NCBI GenBank assembly: GCA_029851105.1
Contig: CP099822.1
Coordinates: 120,001-152,000 of the forward strand
Source: Candidatus Saccharimonadota bacterium
Lineage (GTDB): Bacteria; Bacteroidota; Bacteroidia; Flavobacteriales; Blattabacteriaceae
DNA: 32,000 nucleotides
Direction of reading: 5' to 3'
Below the pieces are notes generated by a model. That model was not told where the DNA came from, did no database searches, and saw only the letters and a program-made list of their open reading frames with translations. The position numbers and the translations under genes were made by a program. This document shows, piece by piece, positions 28,601 to 32,000 of this stretch (positions within the stretch are counted from its first letter, which is position 1; each line of letters begins with the position of its first letter).

Positions 28601-29017
28601 TTAACGTTTTGAAAATTGAAATTTTTTACGAGATTTTTTTCTACCAAATTTTTTTCTTTCTACTATTCTAGAATCTCTAGTTAATAAATTTTTTATTTTT
28701 AATTTTTTTTTATATTTATTATTTATTAAACATAATATTTTAGAAATAGCTAATGAAATAGCTTCAGATTGACTATTATTACCACCACCTTTTACTTTTA
28801 TTTTTATAAAAAAATTATTTTTTATATTTTTAATAATTTTAAATGGATAAAAAGCTTTTTTAATTAAAAAAATATTATTTTTAAAATATAATTCTTTTTT
28901 TTTATTATTTATATTAATAATTTTTTTTTTTTTATTTTTAAAAAAATAAACTAATGCTATAGAAGTTTTTCTTTTACCTATACTATAATAATAGTTTTTA
29001 TTATTTAATATTTTCAT
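28601..29017 (-). CDS. rpsI: 30S ribosomal protein S9
   Basis: 138-aa ORF with GGGNNSQSEAISLAISKIL and C-terminal LLTRDSRIVERKKFGRKKSRKKFQFSKR. Confidence 0.9.
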   Translation of the reverse strand: MKILNNKNYYYSIGKRKTSIALVYFFKNKKKKIININNKKKELYFKNNIFLIKKAFYPFKIIKNIKNNFFIKIKVKGGGNNSQSEAISLAISKILCLINNKYKKKLKIKNLLTRDSRIVERKKFGRKKSRKKFQFSKR

Positions 29018-29025
29018 TATTATAA

Positions 29026-29475
29026 TTATATACTATTAATATCTATATATTTAATATTATTATTATTATTTAAATAATTATGATTTTTTTTAAATATAAA
29101 AATATTTTTTTTAACAAATTTACCAATTAAATTTTTAGGTAACATTCTTTCTATAGTTTTTTTTACTAAAAAACATGGTTTCTTTTTATATAAAAAATCC
29201 ATTTTATATTCTTTTTTATTACCTATATAACCTGTATATTTATAATATTTTTTTTTTTTTATTTTTTTTTTATTTATTATAATTTTATCTACATTTATAA
29301 TAATTATTTTATTAACAAAACTATAATTAGGAGTATAATTATAATAAATTTTACCTATTAAAATTTTAATAATTTTAGAACAAAATCTTCCTAAAATTTG
29401 ATTACTAGCATCTAATAAAATTTTTTTTTTTTTTTTTTTAAAAAAAAATTTTGTTTTTAAACTTAAATATTTCAT
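29026..29475 (-). CDS. rplM: 50S ribosomal protein L13
   Basis: 149-aa ORF with ILLDASNQILGRFCSKIIKIL and YYKYTGYIG, located upstream of rpsI. Contains an in-frame T19 tract on the + strand (29421-29439) that encodes a lysine run. Confidence 0.88.
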   Translation of the reverse strand: MKYLSLKTKFFFKKKKKKILLDASNQILGRFCSKIIKILIGKIYYNYTPNYSFVNKIIIINVDKIIINKKKIKKKKYYKYTGYIGNKKEYKMDFLYKKKPCFLVKKTIERMLPKNLIGKFVKKNIFIFKKNHNYLNNNNNIKYIDINSI

Positions 29476-29551
29476 TTTAATTTTTTTATGAAAAATATTT
29501 TTTATATAATATAAAAAATGTTATATATAAATATAATAAATAAATATAAAT

Positions 29552-31459
29552 ATGAATAATAAAATAATAGGTATTGATTTAGGTACTACAAATTCTTGTG
29601 TAGCTGTTATGGAAGGACAAAATCCTGTTGTAATACCTAATTCAGAAGGTAAAAGAACTACACCTTCAATAGTTGCTTTTATTAAAAATGATAAAAAAGT
29701 TGGTGATTTTGCTAAAAGACAATCTGTTACAAATCCTAAAAACACTATTTATTCTATTAAAAGATTTATAGGTAGAAAATATGATGAAATAATAAAAGAA
29801 ATAAAAAATTTCCCATATATTATTGAAAAAGGTAAAAATGATACACCTTGTGTAAAAATAGAAGATAAATTATATACACCTCAAGAAATTTCTTCAATTA
29901 TTTTACAAAAATTAAAAAAAGATGCTGAAGAATATTTAGGTCAAAAAATAAATAAAGCAGTTATAACAGTACCTGCTTATTTTAATGATTCTCAAAGACA
30001 AGCTACTAAAGAAGCTGGTGAAATAGCAGGATTAAAAGTAGAAAGAATTATAAATGAACCTACTTCTGCTGCTTTAGCTTATGGATTAGATAAAAGTAAT
30101 AATAATAAAAAAATAGTAGTTTATGATTTAGGTGGTGGTACATTTGATGTTTCTATTTTAGAATTAGGTGATGGTGTATTTGAAGTATTATCTACTAATG
30201 GTGATACACATTTAGGAGGTGATGATTTTGATCAAATATTAATAAATTGGTTAGCAGATTATTTTTTAAAAAAAGAAAATATAAATTTAAAAAATGATCC
30301 AATTTCTCATCAAAGATTAAAAGAAGCTGCTGAAAAAGCTAAAATTGAATTATCACATAATATAGAAACTGAAATTAATTTACCTTATATTACAGTAACT
30401 AATAGTGGTCCTAAACATTTAATAAAAAAAATTACTAGATCTAGTTTTGAAAAATTATCTTATAATTTAATAAAAAGTACATTAAAACCTTGTAAAAAAG
30501 CTTTAAAAGATGCTAAATTAAATGTTAATGATATAGATGAAATAATATTAGTAGGTGGTTCTACTAGAATACCAAAAATACAAGAAGAAGTAGAAAAATT
30601 TTTTAAAAAAAAACCTTCTAAAAATGTTAATCCAGATGAAGTAGTAGCAATAGGAGCAGCTATACAAGGTGGTGTATTAACAGGTGATGTTAAAGATGTA
30701 TTATTATTAGATGTTACACCTTTATCATTAGGTATAGAAACATTAGGAGGAGTATTTACTAAATTAATAGAAGCTAATACTACTATACCAACTAAAAAAT
30801 CTGAAGTATTTTCAACTGCTACAGATAATCAATCTACTGTTACTATTAGAGTAGGTCAAGGTGAAAGACCATTATTTAATGATAATAAAGAAATAGGTAG
30901 ATTTGATTTAATAGATATACCTTTAGCACCTAGAGGAGTACCTCAAATAGAAGTTATTTTTGATATAGATGTAAATGGTATTTTAAATGTATCAGCAAAA
31001 GATAAAGGTACTGGTAAAAAACAATCTATTAAAATAGAAGCTTCTTCAGGATTAAGTAAAAATGATATAGAAAAAATGAAAGAAGAAGCAAAAAAAAATT
31101 ATGAAAAAGATAAAGAAAAAAAAGAACAAATAGAAAAATTAAATATTACTGATTCTTTAATATTTCAAACAGAAAAACAAATAAAAGAAAATAAAGAAAA
31201 AATATCTAAAGATAATATTAAAAAATTAGAAAATATTTTAATAAAATTAAAATCTTCTTATACATCTAAAAATTTTAAAGATATAGATATATATACAAAA
31301 GAATTAAATGAATTATGGAGTGTAATATATAAAGATTTATATCAAACTCAACCTAAAGAAGAAAATATTAAAACTGATAATAGTAATAATAATAATAAAA
31401 AAAAAAATAAAGAAAAAGAAAAAAAAACAAAAGATGTAGATTATGAAGAAGTAAAATAA
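29552..31459 (+). CDS. dnaK: Molecular chaperone DnaK (Hsp70)
   Basis: 635-aa ORF with [51 protein letters not shown] and C-terminal DVDYEEVK. It is the best conserved and most GC-rich CDS in the window. Confidence 0.97.
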   Translation: MNNKIIGIDLGTTNSCVAVMEGQNPVVIPNSEGKRTTPSIVAFIKNDKKVGDFAKRQSVTNPKNTIYSIKRFIGRKYDEIIKEIKNFPYIIEKGKNDTPCVKIEDKLYTPQEISSIILQKLKKDAEEYLGQKINKAVITVPAYFNDSQRQATKEAGEIAGLKVERIINEPTSAALAYGLDKSNNNKKIVVYDLGGGTFDVSILELGDGVFEVLSTNGDTHLGGDDFDQILINWLADYFLKKENINLKNDPISHQRLKEAAEKAKIELSHNIETEINLPYITVTNSGPKHLIKKITRSSFEKLSYNLIKSTLKPCKKALKDAKLNVNDIDEIILVGGSTRIPKIQEEVEKFFKKKPSKNVNPDEVVAIGAAIQGGVLTGDVKDVLLLDVTPLSLGIETLGGVFTKLIEANTTIPTKKSEVFSTATDNQSTVTIRVGQGERPLFNDNKEIGRFDLIDIPLAPRGVPQIEVIFDIDVNGILNVSAKDKGTGKKQSIKIEASSGLSKNDIEKMKEEAKKNYEKDKEKKEQIEKLNITDSLIFQTEKQIKENKEKISKDNIKKLENILIKLKSSYTSKNFKDIDIYTKELNELWSVIYKDLYQTQPKEENIKTDNSNNNNKKKNKEKEKKTKDVDYEEVK

Positions 31460-31483
31460 TTTTTTTTTTAAAAATTAAAAATT

Positions 31484-31526
31484 AAAAAAAAAGTTGTTTA
31501 ATTTTTAAATTAAACAACTTTTTTTA
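31484..31526. terminator. Bidirectional intrinsic terminator-like hairpin between dnaK and tRNA-Arg
   Basis: A perfect 13-bp inverted repeat, AAGTTGTTTAATT (31491-31503) and AATTAAACAACTT (31508-31520), with a 4-nt loop. It is flanked by an A-run upstream and a T-run downstream, 25 nt after the dnaK stop. Confidence 0.6.
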
Positions 31527-31537
31527 ATTATAAATTA

Positions 31538-31610
31538 TAACCTCGAAAGGATTTGAACCTTTAATCTTCTGATTCGTAATCAGATATTTTTCCTTTTAAA
31601 CTACGAGGTT
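31538..31610 (-). tRNA. tRNA-Arg (anticodon ACG)
   Basis: Reverse complement: AACCTCG/TA/GTTT-AAAAGGA...-AAAT/TCTGA-TTACGAA-TCAGA/variable/AAAGG-TTCAAAT-CCTTT/CGAGGTT/A. The D-stem is AT-rich with one G-U pair. No CCA. Confidence 0.8.
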
Positions 31611-31620
31611 TTAAAAAAAT

Positions 31621-32000
31621 ATGAATAATAATATAAAATTATTAAATGATAAAAGATTTTTTATTATAGATATATATATATATATATATAAATATTTTTT
31701 TTATTATAAAAAATTTTATAAAAAAAATTGTATATTAATAGGATTTTTAAATTTTATATTTAATTTTTTAAAAGAAAAAAAACCTACTTATATAGTAGTA
31801 ATTTTTGATACTAAATTAAAATATAATTATAAAAAAATTTATTTTATTAATTATAAAATAAATAGGAAAAAAATACCTAAACAAATTATATATTTTATAC
31901 CTAAATTTAAAAAAATTTTAAAATTATTAAATATACCTTTTTTTTATATAAAAAATTATGAAGCTGATGATGTAATAGGTACTATTATAAAAAAAAATGA
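31621..32000 (+). CDS. polA: DNA polymerase I, 5'-3' exonuclease domain (5' portion; continues beyond the window)
   Basis: Hand translation from the ATG at 31621: MNNNIKLLNDKRFFIIDIYIYIYKYFFYYKKFYKKNCILIGFLNFIFNFLKEKKPTYIVVIFDTKLKYNYKKIYFINYKINRKKIPKQIIYFIPKFKKILKLLNIPFFYIKNYEADDVIGTIIKKN. It matches the PolA/FEN pattern (L.DG..L.YRA.YA...G...F..L.....P....V.FD...R...YK..R...P......I......G......EADDVIGT). It is absent from the ORF track because it runs off the window end. Confidence 0.85.
   Translation, partial: MNNNIKLLNDKRFFIIDIYIYIYKYFFYYKKFYKKNCILIGFLNFIFNFLKEKKPTYIVVIFDTKLKYNYKKIYFINYKINRKKIPKQIIYFIPKFKKILKLLNIPFFYIKNYEADDVIGTIIKKN

Noticed and set aside
28597-28647. rpsB start at 28647, overlapping rpsI by 47 nt
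   Set aside because: The extension (MVEKNLVKNFNFQNVNY) has no S2 counterpart. The ATG at 28596 follows the rpsI stop by 4 nt and yields a normal S2 N-terminus, so the shorter model is preferred.
29521-29745. 74-aa ORF on the - strand
   Set aside because: It is antisense to the highly conserved 5' end of dnaK. It stays open only because that segment is relatively GC-rich. Spurious.

Overview
The window is extremely AT-rich (about 12-15% G+C by eye, not computed), gene-dense (about 95% coding by eye), and typical of a highly reduced obligate insect-endosymbiont genome. Several features point to a Bacteroidota/Flavobacteriia-derived symbiont of the 'Sulcia'/'Shikimatogenerans' kind; this lineage call is inference only. 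They are a flavobacterial-type DnaK N-terminus, an archaeal-type ProRS ending in Tyr, a dimeric GlyRS, the rplM-rpsI-rpsB-tsf cluster, KorB and RNase Z.

Content is almost entirely information processing:
- aminoacyl-tRNA synthetases: proS, thrS, trpS, glyQS
- ribosomal proteins: S16, L35, L20, L27, L21, S2, S9, L13
- translation factors: infC, tsf
- tRNA modification, processing and formylation: fmt, tilS, miaA, rnz
- replication and repair: gyrB, a dnaQ-like::dnaE fusion, polA (5' end), mutS
- chaperones: htpG, dnaK

The only metabolic genes are two shikimate-pathway genes (aroC, aroK) and an isolated korB. Six tRNAs stand out as GC islands, and none encodes a 3' CCA.

I see no mobile element, CRISPR array, defence island or convincing novel multi-gene system, and I do not want to invent one.

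The features worth a second look are signatures of genome erosion at simple-sequence tracts:
- mutS is split by a -1 frameshift next to A9 tracts.
- The exonuclease-DnaE gene has its only ATG out of frame across a T11 tract.
- A roughly 870-codon PD-(D/E)XK nuclease gene carries a frameshift at an (AT)7/T6 region plus one in-frame TAA.

Other oddities are an infC with no possible ATG/GTG/TTG start (ATT/ATA start), a ThrRS that has lost its whole N-terminal editing module, and a mutS reading frame that runs 18 nt into tRNA-Gly.
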